A stretch of DNA of 63,997 nt, the filler included, from Thermoplasmatota archaeon (GTDB lineage: Archaea > Thermoplasmatota > E2 > JACPAO01 > JAHFTW01): assembly GCA_041623215.1 (NCBI GenBank). It is 6 parts of 6 records of this genome, joined end to end, with 100 filler letters (N's around TTAATTAATTAA, not from the genome) between each part and the next. Parts side by side here need not be neighbours in the genome. Positions count along the whole stretch, not along the records: positions 35,598 to 47,000 come from JBFJXH010000055.1; positions 47,101 to 58,164 come from JBFJXH010000056.1; 4 more parts are not named here. One strand, 5' to 3'. Both the position numbers and the translations under genes were made by a program. The notes under the pieces are model-generated. The model worked only from the letters and a program-made list of their open reading frames with translations. It did no database searches and was not told the DNA's origin. Below, in pieces: positions 35,598 through 47,156 of the stretch. Positions within the stretch are counted from its first letter, which is position 1; every line of letters starts with the position of its first letter.

Positions 35598-37475
35598 AGC
35601 GGCTCCATTGGTGCCGATGAGGCCGGTGGCCACGTATTCATCGTTCCCCGCTTCGTCCAGCAGAAATCCAGCGCCCGTCGCAAAGCCGCCGCCGTTGACG
35701 CCCCAGCGGTTGGCTTCGTAATAGTCGTGGCCGGCCAGGTCGATGAGATGGCCCAAACCGCCGGCCGCTCCGCCGCCATTCCCGCCTTCGTCGGCGTCCA
35801 AGTAGCGGTCGTTGCCGGATGTGTCCAACAGCAGGCCGACGGCATGTGTTCGTGCGCCACCGTTGCTGCCATGGCCCTGAGCTTCGTACAGGTCATCGCC
35901 GCCACCGTCGTACAGGAAGCCCGTGGCGAAGCGGTACCCGCCGCCGTTGACGCCGCTGGAACCCGCCCGGTAGGTGTCATCGCCTTCCAAATCCATGAGG
36001 AAGCCGCGGGATTGCGCATCGCCGCCGCCGATGGCTCCTAGACCGAAGGCTTCGTAGCGGTCGTTGCCCCAAGAGTCAATCAAGAATCCAATGCCTTGTG
36101 CTTGGGCCCCTCCAATGACGCCGCCCGTGGTGTAGCCAATGGGGCCCTGGTAGTCGCTGTGGCCGCCGAGGTTGATGAGGTGGCCCATGCCCCCGAGGCG
36201 CGCGCCACCCATGGTGCCGCCGTTGCGCGCGGAGAACGTATCGGTTTCCAGGAGGGGGTTGATGGCGGCTAGGAAGCCGACGCCGCCCGTGGTCCCGCCC
36301 CCGTTGACGCCGTGGGTGAAGCCATCGAAGCGGTCGTGGCCGCCTACGTCGAGCAGGAATCCAGCCCCCAGATAGGCACCGCCATTCTTGCCACATTTGC
36401 CGTAGTTGCCATAGCCGGACTCATGGTAGGTGTCGTCGCCTGCGAGGTCAATGGCCATGCCGGCCCACACGGCGCTGGTGGGGTATTCACCCGTTGGCTC
36501 GCAGCCATTGTCGGCCCAGGGGCTGCGGCCGCCCCCGGCACTGTTGAAGTAATGGTCGTGGCCGCCAACGTCGATGGTGAGCAGCGCATGGTGGCGATAA
36601 GTGGTGGACCAACCCTCCGGGTCAATAATGAGGGCAGGGGGCAGTTCGATGAGCGGCGCACGCCATTCGTTAGGGTCCGGCTCGGGCCGCTCCGGCAGCA
36701 AGGGGTAGGTTTCATCGTCGCCGTTGATGATGCTCATGAGCGTCTTGTAGGCGCGCAAGTTGTACACGTAAGCCTCGATGATGCGGTCCACGTCAACGTC
36801 TAGGGCGCCCGGCCCAAGCTCCGGCAACGCCCCGCGTGACTCGGGGGAAAGGCTGGCAAGCTCTTCGATGGAGGCTTCCATGGCGCCTAGCTTGTTGGGC
36901 AGGTCGGGCCAGTTGACATTGGCAAACGCGTCCTGCGTGGCTTGGTGGTAGTAGATGTAGGCGTCGAGGGCGCCGGTCAAGGCGCTTGCCAGGCGGGGTC
37001 GTAAGGAGTCCAGTTGCTCCAGTTCAGCGCGGTGCTCGGATGCATCCATGTCGGCAAGCGCCAAGACAGCGGCTGCGGCCGCGCTGGGGGATGCGTGGCC
37101 GTCAAATCGATCGGGCACCTGCAAGTTGGGGTGAATTGCCTCCAGTACGTCTGTTGCTGCCTCAATGCTGGGGAGTGCGTCGCGAAGGATTTCGCTAACT
37201 GCGGCGGAGAGTTGCAAGTCTTGGTGGGACGTCAAAGCCAGCGTGCCTGGGGTGGCGTCGTCGGTTAGGCGGTCTTCCAGGATTGCCAGGGCGTCCCGTG
37301 TGTGGCCGAGGCCCTGGCTTTGGCTTCCTGTGAGCCACGCGGGCAACGTCGGGGTGGAATCGTGTGACGGCGCAGCGGCCGCTGCTAGCCCTGCCGTCGA
37401 CAGTAAGAGCACCATGCTGCCTGCGATTAGGGTGGTCCACCGTGTCCTGAGGACACCAACACCGGCCCGCACCAT
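35598..37475 (-). CDS. Secreted Gly-rich repeat protein (3' truncated)
   Basis: Signal peptide; about 11 repeats of about 28 aa, GxLxDxxGxDxY...GxNGG. Confidence 0.8.
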
Positions 37476-37638
37476 GCTCGCTCCGTGGGTCTGTTGGTAC
37501 TTACCTGTTTGGGCGGTCCACGCGCTGCCATACCCTCGGGCGCCTGTGAATATTACGCAATGATAGTAACAATTCCTGCAAATTCATGGCCTCCATAGGT
37601 TGTTTACCCCGATACTTTATTGGCGTAGATGATTAGCC

Positions 37639-37745
37639 GGGGCGCGGGGTCCGTTAGGATTACCACCTACCACCACAGGATCGGCTAAGCCGGTCCCGCC
37701 TCGCCGGCCGCGCCTTCAGCAGGCCGGCGGGGCCCTTCGGGGGGA
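37639..37745 (+). ncRNA. Candidate structured non-coding RNA
   Basis: TTTATT box at 37616 with no ORF at the usual spacing; four consecutive hairpins, including a cUUCGg tetraloop. Confidence 0.4.
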
Positions 37746-37761
37746 GGGGGGTCGCTTGGAT

Positions 37762-38376
37762 TTAGCGAACGAGGTCTGCGAACGCAATCTTGCCATTGAT
37801 GCGGTGCACCTTGACCTTGACCTTTTGGCCAACGCCAACATTGGGGATGAAGAACGTGAATCCCTCGTAGGATGCGACGCCGTCACCGCGCTGCCCCTTC
37901 GACTTGATCATGACGTCGTAGGTTTCGCCTTCCTTGACGGCCGCCTCGGGGCGGCGCGCCTTGCGAGCCTTCACAGGCTGGTGGGCGCCGCACGCCTCGC
38001 ATTTGAGCAATTGGACGCGGCCGTCCTTCTCGAGGTGCGTGTCGGGGCTACCGCAGGCGTTGCATTGGACGTAGGTGGCTACGTAATCATCAAGGCGCCC
38101 CTGGAGGTTGCCCTGCTGGAGGCGACCCGTGAAGACAATGCGGTCGCCGTCGGCCGATCCGGGCATGCCTAGCTGGCCCACGAGGAACTTGGTGACGTGC
38201 GCTTCATCGCGCCGCAGGGCGGCCAAGATGTCGCGGTAGTTGCGGAAAATCGTCATGCGTCCCTCGGCGATTAGCTCCGGCTTGGGCAAGCTCCAACGTT
38301 CCTTGTTGCCGGCATTCTCCGGCAGGCTGCTCCGGGCCTTCGCCAGGAGAGCTTCGTAGTCATTCAGGTCTGTCAT
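37762..38376 (-). CDS. eif2b: Translation initiation factor aIF2 beta subunit with C-terminal TRAM domain
   Basis: DYEALLAKAR, YVQCNACGSPDTHL, LKCEACGA zinc ribbon; TRAM domain GQRGDGVA..GFTFFIPN. Confidence 0.94.
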   Translation of the reverse strand: MTDLNDYEALLAKARSSLPENAGNKERWSLPKPELIAEGRMTIFRNYRDILAALRRDEAHVTKFLVGQLGMPGSADGDRIVFTGRLQQGNLQGRLDDYVATYVQCNACGSPDTHLEKDGRVQLLKCEACGAHQPVKARKARRPEAAVKEGETYDVMIKSKGQRGDGVASYEGFTFFIPNVGVGQKVKVKVHRINGKIAFADLVR

Positions 38377-38485
38377 GGCGGCGGCCAAGGTGGACTCCTA
38401 TTTGAGGGCCGTTAGCGCGGTTGGGTGGCACGACCCTGCCCCTCCGCAAACATCCGCCCGTCCCGCGCAGCGGCCACGCCTCAAT

Positions 38486-40156
<1,671 letters not shown>

Positions 40157-40289
40157 TCACCATTTAGCCGTTGATGATGCGGCAGGTCGAACCGGCGCCG
40201 TGGTTCGCAGGGTGATGCATGGGCAATCGGCGCGTAGGCACCATCCCTTGGGGCCCAAATGCCAAAAGGCAACGCCGCGTCGCCTGCGC

Positions 40290-40736
40290 GTGGCCATTAC
40301 CCGCCTGACCTTCCGCACCTTGGAAGCTCGCCGCTTCCAAGACGCCCAGCCTGCCAAGGCACAGCAACTACGCGTTGACCACAACTCGAACCTGTCCATG
40401 GTGCGGGCGCGTGGCGACGAGGACATGGAGGTCGAGTTCGCCTACACTACGGGCTACGGCAGCATTGGCTTGGTGAAGATTGAGGGAAGCCTTGCCTTCC
40501 GTGGCGAAGGGGCCGGCGAGGCCGCCGAAGAATGGAACAAAACCCACAACCTGCCGCCGGCCATGGCGCAGGAAGTTCATGGAGCCATCATGGCAGCTTG
40601 CGTGCCGCAAGCAGTCGGCCTTGCTAAGGATCTGCGTCTTCCCCCACCCATCCCTCTGCCGCAGGTGCGCTTCCAGGAAGCCAAGAAGGGCGGAACTGCG
40701 GCTGCTGCGGCCGCGGCCGGGCCGGATGCTGCCTAA
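40290..40736 (+). CDS. Conserved archaeal protein, possible SecB-like fold
   Basis: Four beta strands followed by helices, ending in AKDLRLPPPIPLP. Confidence 0.6.
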   Translation: MAITRLTFRTLEARRFQDAQPAKAQQLRVDHNSNLSMVRARGDEDMEVEFAYTTGYGSIGLVKIEGSLAFRGEGAGEAAEEWNKTHNLPPAMAQEVHGAIMAACVPQAVGLAKDLRLPPPIPLPQVRFQEAKKGGTAAAAAAAGPDAA

Positions 40737-40820
40737 CTAGCACCAGCGCCACCAGAATCCGCCCCCTAACGGATAAGAGGACTTATCAGGGTCCCAGGAA
40801 TCGAATCCAAAGGGACGCCC

Positions 40821-41621
40821 ATGGCTGAGACTGTAGAGCGCCGCACGGTTACGACGCGCACCATTCGGAGCGCGAACACGCAAGAGCTGAAAGACAACAT
40901 CAGCGGCATCGCCTCGGAAATCGAGCGAGTCCGGGACCGCGCCGAGCAAGAAGCCCGCGCCCTGCAAGAGATTCGGGGTATGCTCAACGTTGACACGCTC
41001 AATGATTTGCTGCGTGCAATTGACGCCTTGGAAGCCCGCATCGAGGAAATTGAAACTGAAGGCATGCGGGCGCGTGAAGAGAGCACCGGCCTACAGGAGA
41101 ACCTCGAGCAAGAGCAGGACCGCCTGCGCAAGCTGTGGGACGCGTACAAGACGCAGGAGGATGAACTGCAGCGCCTCAAGCGGGACTACCCGCTCATGGA
41201 GGAGAAACTGTTCGAGCGCGAGCGCACCATTGACGCGCTTCGTCGCGACGTGGACGAAATGGCCGGCCTCAAGCGGGTCCAGGCGGATTACGACTCCTTG
41301 CTAACAGAACACCAGGCCCTGCAAACCGAGGCGGCGCGCATGGACGAGGAACTGGACCTTGCGACCAACGCCTTGAAGGAAATGGAAGCGGAAATCGCCG
41401 AGCATCAAGCGATGGGCGACGTTCGCCTCCAAAACAAGGAACTGGAAGCTACCTTGGACGAGGAGCGCGAGCGCCTTGCCAAGTTATACCGCGTCTACGA
41501 GGACCAGAAGCAAGAGATGGAAGACCTCTCCGCGCGCCTGGGAGACTGGGAAGCGTGGTTCCAGAAGCTACAGCCCCATTTCCAAGGCATTTGCGAAGGC
41601 AAAGACGCCGTCCCCCGTTAG
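40821..41621 (+). CDS. Long coiled-coil protein
   Basis: E/K/R/L heptad pattern along almost the whole length; repeated motif RLRKLWDAY / RLAKLYRVY. Confidence 0.8.
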   Translation: MAETVERRTVTTRTIRSANTQELKDNISGIASEIERVRDRAEQEARALQEIRGMLNVDTLNDLLRAIDALEARIEEIETEGMRAREESTGLQENLEQEQDRLRKLWDAYKTQEDELQRLKRDYPLMEEKLFERERTIDALRRDVDEMAGLKRVQADYDSLLTEHQALQTEAARMDEELDLATNALKEMEAEIAEHQAMGDVRLQNKELEATLDEERERLAKLYRVYEDQKQEMEDLSARLGDWEAWFQKLQPHFQGICEGKDAVPR

Positions 41622-41715
41622 ATTGCAGGCCCGCCTTTCTGGCGGAACCTTGGCTTGGTGGCGCCGGGCGGTGCGCGTCAGGCTCAGCGCCGGAGAATCC
41701 TGCGGCTACGCACAG

Positions 41716-42396
41716 TTACCGGCGGAGCGAACGCCACGCTAGACGAAACGGAACCGAGGCGCTGTGGCGCCACACGGGTGGTCGGGGGATTGGTTCGCCG
41801 CCGGCCTGCACATGTCCCTGACCTAGCGCCTGCAGGACATCCTCGTTGGCGTCTGCGTCGATGGCGGTCCAGCACGAGCCGATGTCCGTAACCCAGTGGG
41901 CATCGCTGCCCCCAGTGGCGGCAAGTCCAAGCTCGCGCAGGGTGGCCTCGGTGTTCCTCTGGGCGAGCTGGCGTTCGCGGCCGTTTCTTCCTTCCGCCAC
42001 ACGACCTCCTGCGGCGGCGTGGTCCGCAAGGACTGCTGGGCCAACACCGCTTAGGGGCTTGAGGGGGTGACTGGGTATGGCAATGCCGCCCGCTGCCTCG
42101 ATGGCCGCGACGGTTTCCAGTGCGGGGCACCGAGAAGCAATCGGCTCAGTGACGCCAATTCCTAGAATATGTCCCTGGCTGCTGCTGACTTCGATGCCGG
42201 GAAGGATGGTAAGGTCGAATTGCCTAGCGGCGGCGGCAACATCGCGGTGCGATGCGGTGGTGTTGTGGTCTGTGACGGCAAAGCCGGTTAGGCCGGCGGC
42301 TTTTGCGGCTTTGGCTAACTCTTCAATGGTTCCGATAGCATCCTTGGAGTAGCAACTATGGACGTGTAAGTCGAAACGAGGCACATTCGGACCCAT
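41716..42396 (-). CDS. PHP-domain phosphoesterase
   Basis: DLHVHS, AVTDHN, PGIEVS, GHIL, SHP, GGSDAH. Confidence 0.9.
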   Translation of the reverse strand: MGPNVPRFDLHVHSCYSKDAIGTIEELAKAAKAAGLTGFAVTDHNTTASHRDVAAAARQFDLTILPGIEVSSSQGHILGIGVTEPIASRCPALETVAAIEAAGGIAIPSHPLKPLSGVGPAVLADHAAAGGRVAEGRNGRERQLAQRNTEATLRELGLAATGGSDAHWVTDIGSCWTAIDADANEDVLQALGQGHVQAGGEPIPRPPVWRHSASVPFRLAWRSLRR

Positions 42397-42399
42397 GGT

Positions 42400-44631
42400 T
42401 CACCGAATCGTAGCGCCGGGTGGCAGCTCACGTTGAGGGTTAAGGACCGACACGGTTCCGTCATGGTCGCCAGCGAGAATCATGCCCTGGGACTCGACCC
42501 CTCGGAGCTTGACGGGAGCCAGGTTGGCCACGAATGCGACCGTCTGGCCAACGAGCTCTTCTGGTCGGTAGTATGCCTTGAGTCCGGCCACGACTTGTCG
42601 TTCGCCTAGGTCGCCTGCGTCTAGGCGCAGCACATACAATTTGTCGGCGTTCGGATGGTCTTCCACCGAGGTTACGCGGGCTATACGGAGTTGGACGCGG
42701 GCAAAGTCATCGAAGGCGACAATGGCGTCATTGGCAGGCGCCTCGGCTGAGCTTTGGGAGTTGCCCTGTGCCTTGCTGCTGCCGGAGGACTTGCTTGCTC
42801 CTTTGCCCTCTTGCGCTGAGGATGCACCGGTGGCCGCGGGCGACTCCGTGGCCGCTTCGGCCGCCGAGGCACCTGGGATGTCTTTGGGGTCAAGTTTGCG
42901 AAACAGGGCTTCGGGCTGTGCAAGGGCTGTGCCTTCGGCCAGGGGGCTTGCAGCGTCTGCCCAAGCGGCGGCGTGGACGCTACCTTTCTCACCAAGCATC
43001 TGCCAGAGGCGCTCGGCTGCATGAGGCATGAAGGGTGCCATGTAGATGGCGAGGGCCTTGTCGAGTCGTAGCAGGGCATTGAGGGCGGCTTCCCCGGCGG
43101 CGCGGTCTTCCTTCAACAGCTTCCATGGGGCCGCCTCCTGCATGAGCTGATTGCATGACCCCGCGAATTCCAATAGGCGTCGAGCAGCTTTCTTGAGTTC
43201 GACGCGGTCCAGGTGCGCCGCCATGTCGCGCCCTGTCAGTTCAATCAACGCTTCGGCCCGCTCAGCCCAATGCGACGCGCTTGCGCCTGGGCCGGGAACG
43301 GCGTCGAGGTTCTTGTGGGTGAAGCTCAAGGTTCGATGCACGTAGTTGCCGATGGTTCCGACCAACTCGTCATTGACTTTGGCCAGGAAATCATCCCACG
43401 TCCAGTCGGCGTCCCTCTGCTCGGGCATGTTGATGGCAAGATAGTACCGAATGGCATCCGCTTGGAAGCGGTCAAGGACCTCGTGCACCCAGATGCCGAT
43501 GCCCCTACTCTTGCTGAACTGTTCGCCGCCGAGGTTCAGGAATTCATTGGCGGGGACATCGTAGGGCAACGTCAAGGCGGGTTCGCCTGCTGCTTGGCGG
43601 GCCTTGTTGTAGGCAGTGAGGATGCCTGGCCAAATGATGGTGTGGAATGGAATATTGTCCTTGCCGAGGAAGTAGAAGGATCGAACATCGGGATGGGTCC
43701 ACCATCGTTGCCAGGCGTCAGCACCGCCCAACTGTTTTGCCCGCGTGTCCTGCGGCCAATGGCTGCCCGGCTCTAGGCCCTCCCAGTTGCCTTCGCTGCT
43801 GCGCTTGGCCCATTCGATAGCGGCCGTGAGGTAGCCGCAAACCGCCTCAAACCATACGTAGATGCGCTTGTCGCCGTGGTCCGGCAGGGGAATCGGAATG
43901 CCCCACTGCAAGTCTCGGGTAATCGCTCGGTCCTGCAGGCCTTCCCGGAGCCAATTTTGGGTGAAGTTGATGGTATTGGCGCGCCAGTGGTCGCGGTGGT
44001 TCGAGACGTATCCCTCCAATTCCCCCTGTAGCTTGGACAGGAGGAAGAAGTAATGGTCCGTGTCGCGAAATTCGATGGTGGAATCGGGGTTGAGCTTGCT
44101 ACGGGGATTGCGTAGCTCCTGCGGGTCCAAGGTCTTCCCGCAGCTGTCACATTGGTCGCCACGGGCATCGGCAAAGTCACAGTGGGGGCAGGTTCCTTCG
44201 ACGTAGCGGTCGGGCAGGAATCGCTTGGCAACCACGTCGTAGGGAGCCTGTTGCGTCCGCTTCTCGATCAGGCCTTGGTCCAACAAGGCCGTAAAGATGG
44301 TTTGGACGTGATCGCGGTGATTGTCGGTCGTGGTGGTCGTGAAGCAATCAAACCGGATGCCAAGGCGCTCCATGGCACGGACGTGCTCAGCATGGAATCG
44401 GCCCACCACCTGGGCTGGTTCGAGCCCTTCCTTTTCGGCCTGCAGCATGATGGGTGTGCCATGACAATCGCTGCCTGATACCATAAGGACGTCATTTCCT
44501 GCCAGCCGGTTGTAGCGAGCAAAGATGTCGGGGGGTAACAGGCTCCCCGCGATGTGTCCTAGGTGCAGGGGTCCATTGGCGTACGGCCAGGCGACCCCGA
44601 TGAAGACGGGGTGGCGGTCCGAGCGGCTCAT
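42400..44631 (-). CDS. metG: Methionyl-tRNA synthetase with C-terminal tRNA-binding domain
   Basis: WPYANGPLHLGH, CPHC/CDSC knuckle, YVWFEA, GKDNIPFH, FSKS, HPNADKL...SQGMIL. Confidence 0.97.
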   Translation of the reverse strand: MSRSDRHPVFIGVAWPYANGPLHLGHIAGSLLPPDIFARYNRLAGNDVLMVSGSDCHGTPIMLQAEKEGLEPAQVVGRFHAEHVRAMERLGIRFDCFTTTTTDNHRDHVQTIFTALLDQGLIEKRTQQAPYDVVAKRFLPDRYVEGTCPHCDFADARGDQCDSCGKTLDPQELRNPRSKLNPDSTIEFRDTDHYFFLLSKLQGELEGYVSNHRDHWRANTINFTQNWLREGLQDRAITRDLQWGIPIPLPDHGDKRIYVWFEAVCGYLTAAIEWAKRSSEGNWEGLEPGSHWPQDTRAKQLGGADAWQRWWTHPDVRSFYFLGKDNIPFHTIIWPGILTAYNKARQAAGEPALTLPYDVPANEFLNLGGEQFSKSRGIGIWVHEVLDRFQADAIRYYLAINMPEQRDADWTWDDFLAKVNDELVGTIGNYVHRTLSFTHKNLDAVPGPGASASHWAERAEALIELTGRDMAAHLDRVELKKAARRLLEFAGSCNQLMQEAAPWKLLKEDRAAGEAALNALLRLDKALAIYMAPFMPHAAERLWQMLGEKGSVHAAAWADAASPLAEGTALAQPEALFRKLDPKDIPGASAAEAATESPAATGASSAQEGKGASKSSGSSKAQGNSQSSAEAPANDAIVAFDDFARVQLRIARVTSVEDHPNADKLYVLRLDAGDLGERQVVAGLKAYYRPEELVGQTVAFVANLAPVKLRGVESQGMILAGDHDGTVSVLNPQRELPPGATIR

Positions 44632-44664
44632 GGCGTCGGCCACGGCGCGCGCGGTATTTGGTGC

Positions 44665-46350
44665 CTACCAGTAGCCGCGCCGGTAGCCACGAATTACCAG
44701 GAATGCTCCAATGGCGGCCACGGCGCCTACGGCCAGCCACCAGGCAGGGAAGGGCAACGCGATACCGCCGTCAGAACCACTCGATGGTGCGCCTCGCACA
44801 TCAACCACGTCGTTACTGGTGTGGACCTGGCCATACTGGTCCATCACGGTGAGCGAGATGCGCTTGCTTCCCTCTGTTTCATACGAATGGCTTGCCACGG
44901 GGCCTTCTGCGGGCAGCGAGCCATCACCCCAAACCCACCGGTAGAGTAGTGGTCCCCCGTCGCCACTAGCACTGGCCCGGCCGTCCACCGTGATGGTGAA
45001 GCCGTCCAAGATGAAGCTAAACCGCGACAACGGCCGGTCCGGAAGGTCGAGTTGTTCACCGCCGCCGTCCGGACCTTCGTCCTGGCCAATGTCAATGCGC
45101 CGCTGGAAGGAGTTGCTGAGGCCTTGGTCGTCGGTGACCGTGACGCTGACATTGTAGGCTCCAGCAGCCTCGTACTGGTGGTCGTCGCTGGCGCCTTCGC
45201 CGAACGAGTCGTCGCCCCAGTCCCAGCTGAAGTGCGTCAGGTTGCCATCGGGGTCAATGCTGGCCGATGCATCCACACTTAGATTGAGGCCATTGCGATT
45301 GTAAGCAAACCAGGCGGCGGGGGGTCGGTCGCCCGTTGGCCCGGCGCGACTTTCATCGTCGGTGGTATTCAGGCCGGCATTGGGGTCGGTTGTGCGGTTC
45401 AGCGGAACGCCATCAGGGTCGAAGCGCAGAATTTGGTCTGTAATGTAGAACCAGCCCGGGTCCACAAAGCCTCCGAACAAATACGCCCGGTTGTCGCCCC
45501 ATACCGAGATTCCTTCCCAGCGCGTGCTGGGCAGAATGCTGGGCGACTTCTCCACCGTCTGGGTCCATGTGTCAAAGCGGTCAATCGAGTCTAGCGTATC
45601 GGTGTCCGTCGCACCACCCATGATGTAGGCGTAGCGTTCCCCATCGTAGGAAACCCCGGGACTGCTACGTGCGTCGGTTAGGCGCGAGGGAACAACCTGC
45701 ATGGTTTGCTGCGCCGGATTGTAGGCGAGAATCTGGTTCAGGCGGCCCGTATCGTCGCGGCCGCCTACGACGTAGGCCGTGTCATTGGCCCAGAACGCCA
45801 TGCTGCCGCACCGCGGAGTGGGCAAGCGGTCCGGCATCTCAATCAGGGCACCTGTGGCTGGCGTGAAGCGATACACGACGTTGCTTCGAGCCAGGTTGCA
45901 TCCGCCAAAGATGTACGCGTTTTCGCCGTCCCAGGCGGCCGCCGCATAGCCAAGTGGTGGAAGCCGTGCTTGCAACGTGCGGAAGCGGTCCGTGGCCGGG
46001 TCATAGCGGACAATGTCGCCCAGGTAGGTTTCATTGTTGAGGCCGCCAAACAGGTAGCCGTGCTGGCCATCCCAAATCGCAGCGGTGTACGAGCGGGCAG
46101 TTGGCAATCGCCCACTGGTTTTTTCGACCGTCTCAGCCAGTGGGTCAAAGCGAAGCACGTCATCGCAGAAGTTCTGACAGCCGGTGCCGCCAATGACGTA
46201 GGCGAACCGGCCATCGTAGATGACAGCCGGGTTGCTGCGGGGGGATGGCAGGAAGGTTTCCGGTGAATCGAGGCGCTGCGCCTGGGAGGGGACCATCAGG
46301 CCGGCGGCAAGGAGCACTACGAGAATGGCGACGGCTGGCAGACGTTGCAC
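44665..46350 (-). CDS. Secreted Kelch-repeat propeller with two PKD domains and C-terminal TM
   Basis: Six Kelch repeats (LPxxR...YxxGG...xxDP); WDWGDD and WVWGDG PKD motifs; TM followed by RR. Confidence 0.88.
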   Translation of the reverse strand: MQRLPAVAILVVLLAAGLMVPSQAQRLDSPETFLPSPRSNPAVIYDGRFAYVIGGTGCQNFCDDVLRFDPLAETVEKTSGRLPTARSYTAAIWDGQHGYLFGGLNNETYLGDIVRYDPATDRFRTLQARLPPLGYAAAAWDGENAYIFGGCNLARSNVVYRFTPATGALIEMPDRLPTPRCGSMAFWANDTAYVVGGRDDTGRLNQILAYNPAQQTMQVVPSRLTDARSSPGVSYDGERYAYIMGGATDTDTLDSIDRFDTWTQTVEKSPSILPSTRWEGISVWGDNRAYLFGGFVDPGWFYITDQILRFDPDGVPLNRTTDPNAGLNTTDDESRAGPTGDRPPAAWFAYNRNGLNLSVDASASIDPDGNLTHFSWDWGDDSFGEGASDDHQYEAAGAYNVSVTVTDDQGLSNSFQRRIDIGQDEGPDGGGEQLDLPDRPLSRFSFILDGFTITVDGRASASGDGGPLLYRWVWGDGSLPAEGPVASHSYETEGSKRISLTVMDQYGQVHTSNDVVDVRGAPSSGSDGGIALPFPAWWLAVGAVAAIGAFLVIRGYRRGYW

Positions 46351-46421
46351 ACGTGGCCCAGCCTAGATTGCGTTAAGGAAGGTTCTGGTAGCGGTCGCAA
46401 GCCGGCACGGCACCGTAGGTC

Positions 46422-47000
46422 TCAATGCTGCTGGTCCTCAAGCCACCGTTCGGCATCAATGGCCGCCTTGCAGCCGGACCCTGCGGCGGTGATGGCTTGC
46501 TTGTACCGATGGTCGAACACGTCCCCTGCCACGAAGACGCCGGGGATGCTGGTGTGGGTGTCATGTGTTCCCTCGGGAACAATGTAGCCACTTTCGTCGA
46601 GGTGCAGTTGGCCCCGGAATAGATCCGTGTTCGGCTTGTGGCCAATGGCCATGAAGAAGCCGTCACAAGACAGGTCGAGTTCCTCTTCCCCGACCGTACT
46701 GGCTAGGCGGACGCCCTCGACTTTTTCCTCGCCAAGGACCTCAGTCACGGTGCGGTTCCACAAAATGTCAATCTTGGGGTGCTCGAGCGCCCGGGTCGCC
46801 ATGATTTTGCTGGCCCGGAACTCTTCGCGCCTATGCACAATGGTGACCTTGGTGGCGTACTTGGTCAGGAAGGTTGCTTCTTCCATGGCCGTGTCGCCGC
46901 CGCCCACCACCACGACTTCCTTGTCCTTGAAGAAGAATCCATCGCAGGTGGCGCACGCCGAAACACCGCGCCCCATCAACCGCTTCTCTGATTCCAGGCC
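46422..47000 (-). CDS. trxB: Thioredoxin reductase (5' truncated)
   Basis: GVSACATCDG, VVGGGDTAMEEA, HRR, AIGHKPN, AGDV, QAITAAGSG. Confidence 0.95.
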   Translation of the reverse strand, partial: GLESEKRLMGRGVSACATCDGFFFKDKEVVVVGGGDTAMEEATFLTKYATKVTIVHRREEFRASKIMATRALEHPKIDILWNRTVTEVLGEEKVEGVRLASTVGEEELDLSCDGFFMAIGHKPNTDLFRGQLHLDESGYIVPEGTHDTHTSIPGVFVAGDVFDHRYKQAITAAGSGCKAAIDAERWLEDQQH

Positions 47001-47100
47001 NNNNNNNNNNNNNNNNNNNNNNNNNNNNNNNNNNNNNNNNNNNNTTAATTAATTAANNNNNNNNNNNNNNNNNNNNNNNNNNNNNNNNNNNNNNNNNNNN
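47001..47100. other. Artificial contig linker
   Basis: N run + TTAATTAATTAA + N run. Confidence 0.99.
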
Positions 47101-47156
47101 AATCCGTGGCGGAGCGACCAACAAATGGTAAAACCAAGGTCCCCCGTCGATTGACC

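Noticed and set aside
37639..37745. HDV-like ribozyme, tRNA, SRP RNA or C/D box RNA
   Set aside because: No UCCNCGY L3 or P1.1 GG, no T-loop GUUCRA, no SRP helix-8 motif, no CUGA D box.
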